From Fibrobacteria bacterium (GTDB lineage Bacteria; Fibrobacterota; Fibrobacteria; UBA11236), in assembly GCA_041746255.1 (NCBI GenBank), contig JBGTHM010000014.1, forward strand, positions 17,713 through 81,712: a DNA stretch of 64,000 bases, read 5' to 3'. Within the stretch, counting starts at the first letter, position 1. Each line of letters opens with the position of its first letter. Shown here piece by piece: positions 1-9,540 of this stretch. Both the position numbers and the translations under genes were made by a program. The notes under the pieces were generated by a model. That model did no database searches. It was not told where the DNA came from and saw nothing but the letters and a program-made list of their open reading frames with translations.

Positions 1-372
1 CAAAGAGGGGATGCCCCAAATCGCCCCCTCCCGCGCCGCAGCCACCGTACCGGAATAGATGGCGTTTATGCCTGCGTTCTCCCCCAGATTGATGCCCGAG
101 ACCACCAAATCGATTTTCTCGTTTTTAAACAGGTGGGAGACCGCGAATTTAATGCAGTCGCAGGGGGTGCCTTCAATTTGATAGGCGGGGTAAGCGGGGC
201 TGTCGATTTTCTTGTAGAGGAGGCCGCGGTTGTAGGTGAAAGCCTGCGCCATGCCGCTTTGGTCGTGGGTAGGCGCAACTACGCGCACATCGTGGCGTTC
301 CGCCAGAGCTTCCGCCAGAACGGAAAGAATCGGGCTGAGGATGCCATCATCATTGGTCACTAATATCTTCAT
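1..372 (-). CDS. surE: 5'/3'-nucleotidase SurE, N-terminal part (runs off the window edge)
   Basis: Reverse-strand translation from the ATG (complement of 370-372) gives MKILVTNDDGILSPILSVLAEALA..., matching the SurE N-terminal NDDGI/SPGI signature. The ORF stays open to position 1. It is not in the ORF track because it is truncated. Confidence 0.7.
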   Translation of the reverse strand, partial: MKILVTNDDGILSPILSVLAEALAERHDVRVVAPTHDQSGMAQAFTYNRGLLYKKIDSPAYPAYQIEGTPCDCIKFAVSHLFKNEKIDLVVSGINLGENAGINAIYSGTVAAAREGAIWGIPSL

Positions 373-527
373 TAGGGCATTAAAAATTGCGATTGAAAAG
401 GTGCTGCCCACCCAGGGTGGAAGATTGATAATTTACCTAATTTCAGCGGTTTAGCCAAGGCTGGAAGGCGTTTCCGGAGGGTTTGCCAAGGCTTTTTGGG
501 GAGGGTTCGGCGAAGCCCCGGTGATAC

Positions 528-591
528 GCTCCGCCCCATGGCCATAAAGGGGTCGGGACCGGGTTGCAGGGCGGAGCCCGCCCCACTTTTT
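528..591 (+). promoter_or_regulatory. Attenuator-like leader with mutually exclusive hairpins and a T-run, in the hisS 5' leader
   Basis: gctccgccc (528-536) is the exact reverse complement of gggcggagc (569-577), giving a 9 bp long-range stem. The alternative is gggcgg (569-574) + agc + ccgccc (578-583), a GC hairpin followed by cacttttt (584-591), which resembles an intrinsic terminator. It lies about 90 nt upstream of the hisS ATG. Confidence 0.35.
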
Positions 592-680
592 CACCCTTCC
601 TTTTCAGCCGTTTATGGACGGGCCTCGTTAAGTTATTATTCGGCTCCCGCGAAAGAATGGAAATCGGGGCATAGTAGACC

Positions 681-1967
681 ATGAGCAATAAATCCTTTCA
701 GACGCCCAAAGGCACCCGCGATTTCTATCCGGAGGAGATGCGGGTACAGAACTTTCTATTCGAGAATTGGAAACGAATCTGCCTCCTCTTCGGTTTCGAA
801 GAATACGAAGGCCCAACTTTCGAATCCCTCGACCTGTATATCGAAAAGTCCGGCGCTGAAATCGTGGGCCAACTGTATAATTTCCGCGATAAGGGCGACC
901 GCGAACTCGCTTTACGCCCCGAAATCACGCCAACCTTGGCCCGCATGGTCAACCAGAAGGGGCCCAGCCTCAAGCTTCCCGTGAAATGGTTTTCCATTCC
1001 CCGGCTTTACCGTTACGAAAAAGCGCAAAAGGGTCGCTTGCGGGAATTTTTCCAACTGAACATGGACATAGTCGGTACCGATAAAATCTGGGCCGAAGTG
1101 GATTTGCTCACGGCTATTATTGAGATGATGCAGGGTTTCGGGCTTACTTCCGAAGATTTCACCCTCAAAATTTCCAGCCGAAAATTATTGTCCGCCTATT
1201 TGGACCGCATCCAGGTTCCGGCCCAGGCCAAACCGGCGGTTTATTCGGCGCTGGATAAAAGGGCCAAGGTCGGGCCGGAGGCCTTTCAACGCCTGCTGGG
1301 AGAAGCCGGTCTCGTTCCGGAGCAATGCCGGGATTTGGAAGACTTTTTTACCTGCCGCACCTTGGATTCGGTGCGCGAGCGCCTGCCCGACGCTGCCGGC
1401 GAGGAACTCGCCTGGAAGGAAGCCTTGGCGGAGCTGGACGAACTCTTCCTGTGCCTGCGGAATCTGGGATTTGGCGGATTTCTCGATTTCGACTTGAGCG
1501 TCGTGCGCGGCTTGGCTTACTATACCGGCGTGGTTTTTGAAGTATACGACCGCAAGGGCGAGATGCGAGCCGTGGCGGGCGGCGGGCGCTACGATAATTT
1601 ATTGGAAAATCTCGGCGGCAGGTCGATGTCTGGCGTTGGCTTCGGCATGGGGGACGTCGTACTCTACGATTTGCTGCGTAGCAAAAATCTGGTGCCGGCC
1701 TTTTCGGATCGGGTGGATTATTTTCTCGTGACCTTCGGAGAAATGAATTGCGAGGCGCTATTGTTGGCTCAAGCCCTCCGCCATAAGGATTTGCGGGTGG
1801 CCTATGCGATTGCGGGAGGCAAAATCAAGAAGCAGCTTTCGCAGGCCCATGAGTGCAATGCCGCGAAAGTTATTTTCGTGGGATCTGAAAGCGCCCCCCC
1901 GGGACGCTTCGAAGTGAAAGACCTGACCAGCGGCGAGCAGGTTTTTCGGGCCTTCGAGGAGCTTTAA
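681..1967 (+). CDS. hisS: histidine--tRNA ligase
   Basis: 428 aa ORF. Class II aaRS motifs; N-terminus MSNKSFQTPKGTRDFYPEEM and a HisRS-like anticodon-binding C-terminus. Confidence 0.9.
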   Translation: MSNKSFQTPKGTRDFYPEEMRVQNFLFENWKRICLLFGFEEYEGPTFESLDLYIEKSGAEIVGQLYNFRDKGDRELALRPEITPTLARMVNQKGPSLKLPVKWFSIPRLYRYEKAQKGRLREFFQLNMDIVGTDKIWAEVDLLTAIIEMMQGFGLTSEDFTLKISSRKLLSAYLDRIQVPAQAKPAVYSALDKRAKVGPEAFQRLLGEAGLVPEQCRDLEDFFTCRTLDSVRERLPDAAGEELAWKEALAELDELFLCLRNLGFGGFLDFDLSVVRGLAYYTGVVFEVYDRKGEMRAVAGGGRYDNLLENLGGRSMSGVGFGMGDVVLYDLLRSKNLVPAFSDRVDYFLVTFGEMNCEALLLAQALRHKDLRVAYAIAGGKIKKQLSQAHECNAAKVIFVGSESAPPGRFEVKDLTSGEQVFRAFEEL

Positions 1968-2018
1968 TCGAAAGTAGTGGGTGGATGGAAACGGCAAGCA
2001 AGCAAACGGGGAAATAGA

Positions 2019-2411
2019 ATGTCGAACGAAAGCTTATACGAAGGGTTGCAGGAGAATATCCAGGCGCTGGCATTACCCGCCATCGAAACCTGGGAATTCC
2101 AATACCCCGCGAGCGAAACCCTTATCGAAGTGCATATACCGGAGTTCACCTGCGTGTGTCCTAAAACCGGGCAGCCCGATTTCGCATCCCTCCATATCTC
2201 TTACGTTCCGGAAAACCTTTGCCTGGAGCTGAAAAGCCTTAAGGAGTACATGCTGGCTTTTCGAAACCTGGGAATTTTCCACGAACACGTGGTGAATCGG
2301 GTGGTTCAGGATTGCGCCTCCGCTTGCAAACCCAGGAGCATGGAAGTCAAAGGGGTATTCAATGCCCGCGGAGGAATTCAAACCACCGCGACGGCGCGTT
2401 ATGGCGCTTGA
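2019..2411 (+). CDS. queF: NADPH-dependent 7-cyano-7-deazaguanine (preQ0) reductase QueF
   Basis: Carries the QueF signature [14 protein letters not shown] (E-x-FxCPxTGQPD). I trimmed the ORF-track start at 1977 to the internal ATG at 2019 ([10 protein letters not shown]), giving about 130 aa, the size of type I QueF. Confidence 0.8.
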   Translation: MSNESLYEGLQENIQALALPAIETWEFQYPASETLIEVHIPEFTCVCPKTGQPDFASLHISYVPENLCLELKSLKEYMLAFRNLGIFHEHVVNRVVQDCASACKPRSMEVKGVFNARGGIQTTATARYGA

Positions 2412-2470
2412 GTCACAAAAAAATTACACCATGCCGGAAAAACCCGGTTTATAAGGAGCCCAGGAAGCAA

Positions 2471-3544
2471 ATGCAAAAGATCCATAATTTCAGCGCCGGT
2501 CCGGCCATCTTACCCCGTCAAGCCATGGAAGCCGGCGCACGCGCCGCACTCGAATATAACGGCATAGGGATGTCGCTGCTCGAAGTCTCCCATCGTGGCA
2601 AGGAATTCGTGGCCATCATGGATGAAGCCCTAGCCATCGTCAAGGAATTGTTGGGAGTTCCCAAGGGATATTCCGTAATGTTTTTACAGGGTGGCGCCAG
2701 TTTGCAATTCGCCATGATTCCCTACAATCTGTTGGACGAAGGCGAAACGGCAGCCTATCTCGAAACCGGAGTGTGGGCCCAGAAAGCCGCCAAAGAAGCG
2801 CGGCTTTTCGGAAATGTCGAGGTGGTCGCTTCTTCCAAGGACAGGAATTTCAGCTATATCCCCAAAGGCTATCGGGTGCCGGCGACGGCGAAATACTTCC
2901 ACGTCACATCCAACAACACCATTTTCGGTACGCAAATGAAAGCCTTTCCCGAATCCAGCGTCCCGATGGTGGCCGACATGTCCTCGGACATTTTCAGCCG
3001 GCCGGTGGATGTTTCGCGTTTCGGCCTTATCTACGCAGGCGCCCAAAAGAACATGGGTATTGCAGGCGCTACCCTGGTCATCATCAAGGACGAATTGGTA
3101 GGCAAAGCGAAAAGAGGCATCCCGGCCATTCTCGACTATAAATCCCATATCGATAACGAGTCGATGTATAACACGCCCCCCGTTTTCGCGGTTTATCTCG
3201 CGCTGGAAACCCTCAAATGGGTGAAACAGAACGGCGGCGTAACGGCCATGGAGAAGCGCAATGCCGAAAAGGCGGAGCTGCTGTATGGCGAAATCGATTC
3301 CAACCCGTTCTTTATCGGGACGGCCGCCAAAGAAGACCGTTCGCATATGAACGTTACTTTCGTGCTGGAGAATCCCGAACTGGAAAAAGAATTTTTACAA
3401 ACCGCCGAAGCGGCGGGGCTATCCGGGCTGAAGGGCCATCGTTCCGTGGGCGGTTTCCGGGCATCCATTTATAACGCCATGGGCATTGAAAGTATTCAAG
3501 CCCTGGTTCAAGTGATGCGGGAGTTCGCGCGCAAGAATGCCTAG
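2471..3544 (+). CDS. serC: phosphoserine aminotransferase
   Basis: [15 protein letters not shown]... is a typical SerC N-terminus. PLP-dependent class V aminotransferase of about 357 aa. The ORF-track N-terminal extension from 2312 overlaps queF and was trimmed; aaggag lies 13 nt upstream of 2471. Confidence 0.88.
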   Translation: MQKIHNFSAGPAILPRQAMEAGARAALEYNGIGMSLLEVSHRGKEFVAIMDEALAIVKELLGVPKGYSVMFLQGGASLQFAMIPYNLLDEGETAAYLETGVWAQKAAKEARLFGNVEVVASSKDRNFSYIPKGYRVPATAKYFHVTSNNTIFGTQMKAFPESSVPMVADMSSDIFSRPVDVSRFGLIYAGAQKNMGIAGATLVIIKDELVGKAKRGIPAILDYKSHIDNESMYNTPPVFAVYLALETLKWVKQNGGVTAMEKRNAEKAELLYGEIDSNPFFIGTAAKEDRSHMNVTFVLENPELEKEFLQTAEAAGLSGLKGHRSVGGFRASIYNAMGIESIQALVQVMREFARKNA

Positions 3545-3551
3545 CGCCTCC

Positions 3552-3587
3552 GCTGGAATAGGGGGGAGTGGCTTTTCCTATTCCAGC
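3552..3587. terminator. Perfect 10-11 bp inverted repeat between the convergent serC and panC genes (putative bidirectional terminator or RNA-stability hairpin)
   Basis: gctggaatagg (3552-3562) pairs with cctattccagc (3577-3587) around a 14 nt loop. It overlaps the panC stop codon. There is no clear U-tract on either strand. Confidence 0.4.
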
Positions 3588-4411
3588 AAAACGTTATCAA
3601 TCAGTCGTGTGGTTCCGTAAAAGGCCGCCACGGCCAGGACCGCTGGCCCATCCACCCTCTTAACAGGTTCAAGCAGTGCTTGCGAAACGATTTCCACGTA
3701 CTGGAGGGAAGTCGGGTGCGAAGCTTCGATTTCGCGACGGGCGATTTCCATCAGGGCTTCTGAGCCCTGTTCTCCTTGCTGGAAAGCTTCCCGCGCCAGA
3801 GTCAATCCCCGGAAAATGGCCGCCGCCCGGCTGCGTTCGTCCTCGGTGAGATAAGCGTTGCGTGAACTCATGGCCAGACCCGAAGGCTCACGCATGGTCT
3901 CCACCAGTTCCATTTCGAGGTCGACGTCGAAGTCGGCCACCATTTTTTTTAAGATCAGTGCCTGTTGGATGTCTTTTTTTCCGAAGTAGGCCCGCGCCGG
4001 CCTCACGATATGGAATAATTTCAACACCACCGTGCACACCCCGCGGAAATGCCCGGGCCTGGCGGCACCGCAAAGGTAACGGCCCAAGCCCTCCACCTCG
4101 CAGTAGGCCCGGTGGTCGGGAGCGTAGAAGGACTCGGCCGTCGGCGCGAAAACCGCCGTGACTCCGGCGTTACGGCAGACTTCCAAATCCTTCTCGATGG
4201 GGCGGGGATAAAGGGTGAAATCCTCCTGCGGGCCGAACTGGAGCGGATTCACGAATATGGAGACCACGGTGGCCGCGTTCCTCCCGCGGCTTTCCTCCAT
4301 AAGATGCACATGGCCGGCGTGCAAGGCGCCCATGGTCGCAACGAAACCGATGTCGGGGGCGAAACCGCGGCGCCAGCGCTTGAAGTCGGCAAGCGAATGG
4401 AAGACCTCCAT
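3578..4411 (-). CDS. panC: pantoate--beta-alanine ligase
   Basis: 277 aa with the HxGH motif (MGALHAGHVHLM) and overall PanC architecture. Confidence 0.88.
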   Translation of the reverse strand: MEVFHSLADFKRWRRGFAPDIGFVATMGALHAGHVHLMEESRGRNAATVVSIFVNPLQFGPQEDFTLYPRPIEKDLEVCRNAGVTAVFAPTAESFYAPDHRAYCEVEGLGRYLCGAARPGHFRGVCTVVLKLFHIVRPARAYFGKKDIQQALILKKMVADFDVDLEMELVETMREPSGLAMSSRNAYLTEDERSRAAAIFRGLTLAREAFQQGEQGSEALMEIARREIEASHPTSLQYVEIVSQALLEPVKRVDGPAVLAVAAFYGTTRLIDNVLLE

Positions 4412-4417
4412 GCTATC

Positions 4418-5587
4418 TCACGTCATATCCGGGGAGAAATAGGTGACTCCCTCCGGGAATTTTAGGATTTCCCGCTCCAGTAATTCCAAATCGGCGGGGC
4501 TTTTCACGAAGTCGATGCGGTTGGTGTTGACGATGAGCAGCGGTGAACTTTTGTAATGGTGGAAATACGCGTTGTATGTCTGGTTGAGCGTTTCGATATA
4601 GGCCTCCGACATGTTACGCTCATAAGCGCGATCCCGTTGTTTGATGCGCTGCATCAAGGTTTTGGTGTCGGCTTGCAGATATATCACGAAATCGGGGCGC
4701 GCAGTATCTTTTTCCAGCAGACTCCACATTTTTTCATAGAGCGCCAATTCGTTTTCGTCGAGATTAAGCGCGGCGAATATTTTGTCCTTGGCGAACATGT
4801 AATCGCTGATGATTTGCCCGGCGAAGAGGTTTTGCTGTTCGAAGTTCTCCCGGATTTGCCGGTGGCGCGAAAGCAGAAAGAAAATCTGCGTTTGAAACGC
4901 ATAGCGCTGTTTGTCCTGATAGAACCCGGATAGAAAGGGATTGTTCTCGAAATCCTCATAGAGCGCGGGAATGCCCAACCTTTGACCGAGTAATTTCACC
5001 AAGGTCGATTTACCCGCTCCGATAACGCCTTCCACGCATAGATAGCGCAGCGAGTCCGGCGCTTTGGCAGGTGCTTTCGCTTCGCCGCCGAAAGGGCGGA
5101 TGTCTTGCCGTCCCTGTTCCGCCATGATTCCCTCCAGGCATTCCGCCACGGTACGTTTCGTACCGGGGATGGCCAGCTGATCGTCCAGTTCGGCCAGGGG
5201 GACCAATACGAATTGCCTTTGTGTCAAACCGGGATGGGGGATTTGTAAGTCGGCCTCCGCTATTTCCAGATCTCCGAAAAGGAGTATGTCCAAATCGATT
5301 TCCCGGGGCGCCCACCGCTCTCGAACCTGCCTTCCCAGGCGCTTTTCTGTGTCCCGGCAATAGGTCATGAGTTCCCTGGGAGTCAGCCGGGAGATAAAAG
5401 CGACGCATTGATTCAGATAGGGGGCTTGGGGGCCGGGGCCCATGGGCGGAGTTTCATAGATGCGGGAGGCCTGCAGGGGGCTTTCGGCCACCGATTGCAA
5501 TGCCCTGAGGGCTTGACGGAGGAAATCCTCCCTGTCGCCGATATTGCTTCCCAGGGCCACGAACACCCGGTTTTCCGATGATTTCAC
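4418..5587 (-). CDS. folK: Bifunctional protein: 2-amino-4-hydroxy-6-hydroxymethyldihydropteridine pyrophosphokinase (HPPK, FolK) fused to a deoxynucleoside kinase
   Basis: The N-terminal roughly 160 aa (VFVALGSNIGDRE...ETPPMGP...IDLDILLFGD) is HPPK. The C-terminal roughly 210 aa has the P-loop VEGVIGAGKST and dCK/dGK-family features (RIKQRDRAYERN lid region). The start was set to the GTG at 5587 (VKSSENRVF). The 60-residue extension in the ORF track up to 5767 has no support. Confidence 0.7.
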   Translation of the reverse strand: MKSSENRVFVALGSNIGDREDFLRQALRALQSVAESPLQASRIYETPPMGPGPQAPYLNQCVAFISRLTPRELMTYCRDTEKRLGRQVRERWAPREIDLDILLFGDLEIAEADLQIPHPGLTQRQFVLVPLAELDDQLAIPGTKRTVAECLEGIMAEQGRQDIRPFGGEAKAPAKAPDSLRYLCVEGVIGAGKSTLVKLLGQRLGIPALYEDFENNPFLSGFYQDKQRYAFQTQIFFLLSRHRQIRENFEQQNLFAGQIISDYMFAKDKIFAALNLDENELALYEKMWSLLEKDTARPDFVIYLQADTKTLMQRIKQRDRAYERNMSEAYIETLNQTYNAYFHHYKSSPLLIVNTNRIDFVKSPADLELLEREILKFPEGVTYFSPDMT

Positions 5588-5887
5588 GGAAGCGCCCACC
5601 TCATTTTGAATTATGCTATATTGAAAAAGAAATACCGCATGGCTCAACCGCCAAATGTAACTTAATGCGGGAGAGGCTTCTTGCCATTCCCGCTGCCGGA
5701 CCACCCGATAAAAACCCAACCACACAACCGAAAAAACAGCAAACGAATCAAGGGATAACCCAGGCATCTAATCGGCATTATTGACTAGGAAAGTCCAATT
5801 TTTATCTTTTAACCCAGCCGACTCATCGTCTTATCTGCAACCTCTCAAGTTACCCTACCACATTTTTTATTCAAATTTTCAAGGAGA

Positions 5888-7381
5888 TTGATTTTGGCAC
5901 CCAGAACGAAAGCCAGCTTGAAAAAATCGTATGCCAAGCCCCACGATTCCGACGGCCAGGAAGAATCCGGCCCGAGTGAAGAACAATATTCTGAAGCGGC
6001 GCCCGACGGTGAAATGCACGGCCGCCAATCTCCCGATAGGGATGAGTCCGCCTATGTCGAACGGGGGACGGAAGACAATGGTAACGGCGATATGTCCGAT
6101 GCCGGCGGCGGCCGGACTTTGCAGGAAGCGAAGAACCGCTGGAACGATTTGAAAAAAATGAGCATGAAGGACCTCATCGGATTGGGTCTTTCGCTGAACA
6201 TTCCCGACCCCCGCATGCTGCGCAAACAAGCGCTGCTTTTCTCCATCCTGGAAGCCGAAAGTCCGGGCAATTCCGCCATCTATGCCGAAGGCGTGCTCGA
6301 GGTCATGGACGAGGGATACGGATTTTTACGCTCACCCGATCATTCCTATGTCGCGGGACCCGACGATGTTTATGTCTCCTCGACCCAGATCAAACGCTTC
6401 GGTTTGCATACCGGCGACGTGATTTCGGGCCTGGTACGCGCGCCGAAGGACAATGAGAGGTATTTCGCGCTGCTGCGCATCCAAAAGGTCAACGGCGAAA
6501 ATCCCGAGCATGCCAAGGATAGAGTGGGTTTCGACAATCTCACGCCTCTCCATCCCGAGGTCCCTTTCGATCTCGAATATGACAAGTCCGAAATCAGCAC
6601 CCGGGTGATGAATCTTTTCACTCCCATCGGCAGAGGGCAGCGCGGCCTCATCGTGGCTCCGCCCCGTGTGGGTAAAACCGTGCTTTTGCAGAACATCGCC
6701 AATGCCATCGTCCGCAACCACGGCGAAGTAAAGCTCATGGTGCTGCTCATCGACGAGCGCCCGGAAGAAGTTACCGACATGCGCCGCAATGTTCCCGCGG
6801 AGGTTTTCAGTTCCACATTCGATGAACCACCGGAGCGGCATATACAGGTCGCCAATATGGTCATTGAAAAAGCCCGTCGCCTGGTCGAGCACGGCCAGCA
6901 CGTCGTAATTCTTCTCGACAGTATCACCCGCCTGGCGCGCGCCCACAACGTGGTGATTCCCCATTCCGGTAAAATCCTTTCCGGCGGCGTGGACGCCATG
7001 GCCTTGCAAAAGCCCAAACGTTTTTTCGGGTCGGCCCGTAACATCGAAGGCGGCGGAAGTCTCACCATCATCGCCACCGCCCTGATTGAAACCGGCAGCC
7101 GCATGGACGAAGTGATTTTCGAGGAGTTCAAGGGTACCGGCAATATGGAATTGATTCTCGACCGGCGCATCGCGGAAAAACGCATTTGGCCCGCCATCGA
7201 TGTTTTCAAATCGGGCACGCGTAAAGAGGAATTGCTCATGTCGCCCGACGACCTGCGCCGCGTCTGGATTTTGCGTCGCTACCTTCAGGATCTTTCCCCG
7301 GTGGAAATCATGGAGTTCCTGGTGGAAAAACTCAAAGCCAACCCTTCCAACAAAGAATTTCTGGATTCGATGAATGGCTAA
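5888..7381 (+). CDS. rho: transcription termination factor Rho with an acidic low-complexity N-terminal extension
   Basis: The core ([10 protein letters not shown]...[23 protein letters not shown]...) matches Rho primary-site domain and RecA-like ATPase motifs. The roughly 80 aa Asp/Glu/Ser/Gly-rich N-terminal region is atypical. The start is uncertain: TTG at 5888, with an alternative ATG at 6014. Confidence 0.85.
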   Translation: MILAPRTKASLKKSYAKPHDSDGQEESGPSEEQYSEAAPDGEMHGRQSPDRDESAYVERGTEDNGNGDMSDAGGGRTLQEAKNRWNDLKKMSMKDLIGLGLSLNIPDPRMLRKQALLFSILEAESPGNSAIYAEGVLEVMDEGYGFLRSPDHSYVAGPDDVYVSSTQIKRFGLHTGDVISGLVRAPKDNERYFALLRIQKVNGENPEHAKDRVGFDNLTPLHPEVPFDLEYDKSEISTRVMNLFTPIGRGQRGLIVAPPRVGKTVLLQNIANAIVRNHGEVKLMVLLIDERPEEVTDMRRNVPAEVFSSTFDEPPERHIQVANMVIEKARRLVEHGQHVVILLDSITRLARAHNVVIPHSGKILSGGVDAMALQKPKRFFGSARNIEGGGSLTIIATALIETGSRMDEVIFEEFKGTGNMELILDRRIAEKRIWPAIDVFKSGTRKEELLMSPDDLRRVWILRRYLQDLSPVEIMEFLVEKLKANPSNKEFLDSMNG

Positions 7382-8183
7382 GCCGGGTCGCATCGGAATA
7401 TTAGGATGCGGGAATATGGGCGGCGCTCTGGCCAGGGGACTGGCCTCTGCGCGGATTCTATCCGCACCCGGAGATTTGTGGCTTTACGATGTCCGTCGTG
7501 AGGCAGCCGAGGCTTTACAGGCTACCCTTAAAGCCAGCGTTGCCGACTTACCGGACGATGCCATCGCGAATTCCGATCTCTGCGTGTTGGCGGTCAAGCC
7601 GCAGGTTTTTCAAAAAAATCCGGCGATGTTCCGTCCCGCCGCCTCCGGAAAAATTTTCGTCAGTATCATGGCCGGGGTTACCTCGGCCTCGCTACGCACG
7701 GCCTTGGGGGATGATTGCCGGGTGGTAAGGGCCATGCCCAATTTGCCGTTGTCGGTGGGACAGGGGGCTACGGCCATTGAAGCCGATGGCCATGACGAAG
7801 AAACCCTGGCCAAGGTCGAGGCTCTCTTCCGGTCTTCGGGTACAACGGTGCGCGTTTCCGCCGCGCATATGGATGCCGTTACGGCGCTTTCCGGTAGCGG
7901 CCCCATGTATTGCTTCGAATTTTTGGAGGGGCTGATGGCCGCGGGCGTCAAGCTCGGTCTCTCGCGCGAAGTAGCCGAGACACTGGCATTGCAAACCCTG
8001 AAAGGGTCGCTGGCCCTGCTGGAATCCACCGACGAAACCCCGTCGCAATGGACCCGCAAAGTCTGTTCCCCCGGTGGCACCACGATTCATGCCCTGCATG
8101 AACTCGAGCGTAAGGGATTCCGTGGAATCTTGATGAGTTCCGTCGAGGCGGCCGCCGTGCGGTCCCGCGAATTAGGCGGGTAG
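7374..8183 (+). CDS. proC: pyrroline-5-carboxylate reductase
   Basis: [23 protein letters not shown] is a Rossmann NADP-binding N-terminus typical of ProC. 269 aa. Overlaps the rho stop by 8 nt. Confidence 0.85.
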   Translation: MAKPGRIGILGCGNMGGALARGLASARILSAPGDLWLYDVRREAAEALQATLKASVADLPDDAIANSDLCVLAVKPQVFQKNPAMFRPAASGKIFVSIMAGVTSASLRTALGDDCRVVRAMPNLPLSVGQGATAIEADGHDEETLAKVEALFRSSGTTVRVSAAHMDAVTALSGSGPMYCFEFLEGLMAAGVKLGLSREVAETLALQTLKGSLALLESTDETPSQWTRKVCSPGGTTIHALHELERKGFRGILMSSVEAAAVRSRELGG

Positions 8184-8307
8184 TCCCGGCGAACCCGGTG
8201 CAAAGCACCCTATCCTTCCCGTATTAATCTCCCTTGCAGCCGCCTTTCCTTGCGTTTAGGGCCTCTTCTATGGCTATAATGGTTAAACTGCGGAAGGAAT
8301 TTCGGCC

Positions 8308-9540
8308 TTGCGCCTAATTTTCATTGGATTTCTTTTCTATGCCGTCGGAATGACACACGCCAAAAGGCATGTGGCCGTTTTGGGCGTATATGCCCCTTTC
8401 CCTCCCGATCTACTCCGGGAGTTTCCCGCACACATTGGCCGGATGCTCAGCTCCGACGATCAATTGGTGGTTTATGATTTGCGTAAAAACCATGCGCAAG
8501 CTCTCGATAGCGCGGGTGGAAATGCGGAGGGGTGGAATCGGCAATGGTTGAATTCCCTCCATGGAGGAACGGTCCAGCAGGGGCTGGCGGTTCACTGCAA
8601 CGACATGCGAGAACTATTGCAATGCCGTTTGGAATTGGTCGGCATGGGATCCGATTTGTCCGTGACTTACGACACCCTGTTTTTCCATGCGGAAGCGAAA
8701 TCCGATCCGACCTCGCTTCCGCAGGAATGGGCGGACGGTTTTAAGCGAATGTGGGGCGGGAACGAATCCAGCAGAGCCTCTGCGCAGACGACGGAATTCT
8801 CACCGCCGCTGCATTCAGCCATGCTCATAAAAGGCACGCGGGTCCTCTATCGGGATTCGGTCCGGTTTTTCCCCCAGGGTACGCGCCTGATTCGGGGAGA
8901 GAGGGGGCCGGTAGTGGAAATGAAATTGGGCGATCAACGCTTCTTTCTCTTTCCGAAATCATCCTATTCGCTTCCAACTTCCAGAACGCTGGTATTGGAT
9001 TCGGGAAGGCTTGACTTGGTGGGTGGGAACGATTCCAGCTTTCTGCTGGGCCCCTCACTGCGAGCTGTCGGAAAGGCCAAGCTCGCATCCTTATCCCACG
9101 AAGGCAACACCACCGTACTCCGGCTGTTCCGAGGACGCCTGGTGGTATTTCCCTTATTGGGAACGAAAAACTCCTTTGAGCTTCAGGATATGGAGAGCTT
9201 TTCCACCCGGGGATATGCGGGTGAAAGAAATCTGCTCAGTCTTGAGGAAGAGAAGAGAATGCGGCGCGACTTGGAAGAATTCATGGCGGGAGCTTTGTTG
9301 TCCCAATTACTGGCCCCTTCGGCGGCACTTCGCGAAAAATTGTTTTACACTCAAAATACCATCCGCTCCGCGGATCCCGAGTTGGTCGATTTCATGGGCG
9401 CGGGCGTAGAACGTTTTGGTATCCCATCCGGTATTCCCACCTTGGAGGGGGAGTTATGGCGGCATGAAGACAAAAATCCGGACGCGGCCCTTCGCGACGC
9501 GGGCTGTTACCTATGCAGTCCTTTTCGTGTGGGTAGGTAG
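8308..9540 (+). CDS. hypothetical protein with an N-terminal hydrophobic segment
   Basis: 410 aa ORF with no recognisable motif. Hydrophobic N-terminus MRLIFIGFLFYAVG. Start ambiguous (TTG at 8308 or ATG at 8350). Its 3' end overlaps the next gene by 77 nt. Confidence 0.45.
   Translation: MRLIFIGFLFYAVGMTHAKRHVAVLGVYAPFPPDLLREFPAHIGRMLSSDDQLVVYDLRKNHAQALDSAGGNAEGWNRQWLNSLHGGTVQQGLAVHCNDMRELLQCRLELVGMGSDLSVTYDTLFFHAEAKSDPTSLPQEWADGFKRMWGGNESSRASAQTTEFSPPLHSAMLIKGTRVLYRDSVRFFPQGTRLIRGERGPVVEMKLGDQRFFLFPKSSYSLPTSRTLVLDSGRLDLVGGNDSSFLLGPSLRAVGKAKLASLSHEGNTTVLRLFRGRLVVFPLLGTKNSFELQDMESFSTRGYAGERNLLSLEEEKRMRRDLEEFMAGALLSQLLAPSAALREKLFYTQNTIRSADPELVDFMGAGVERFGIPSGIPTLEGELWRHEDKNPDAALRDAGCYLCSPFRVGR

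Noticed and set aside
373-680. T-box riboswitch upstream of hisS
   Set aside because: I looked for the conserved T-box core (AGGGUGGNACCGCG) and a specifier-loop arrangement. Only a partial resemblance (GGUGAUACGCUCC) is present. It is reported instead as a generic attenuator-like leader.
1977-2018. N-terminal extensions proposed by the ORF track (queF from 1977, serC from 2312, thrC from 17625, the HPPK fusion to 5767, the lipoprotein to 17848, proS TTG at 28758)
   Set aside because: The extensions overlap upstream genes or lack family-typical N-termini. Internal ATG/GTG starts restore canonical protein starts (for example [11 protein letters not shown] for SerC, MKYSAKF for ThrC, MKISQLL for ProS).
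6332-7393. Long minus-strand ORFs (353 aa and 289 aa) opposite rho
   Set aside because: Antisense shadows of a clearly identified gene with no motif content. The same judgement applies to antisense ORFs opposite serC (2684-3346), thrC (18267-19052), the PBP genes (21028-21996, 22018-23016), the MscS gene (36498-37229), the WG-repeat gene (41786-42946), flgE (57977-58609), fliK (59874-61418) and flhA.
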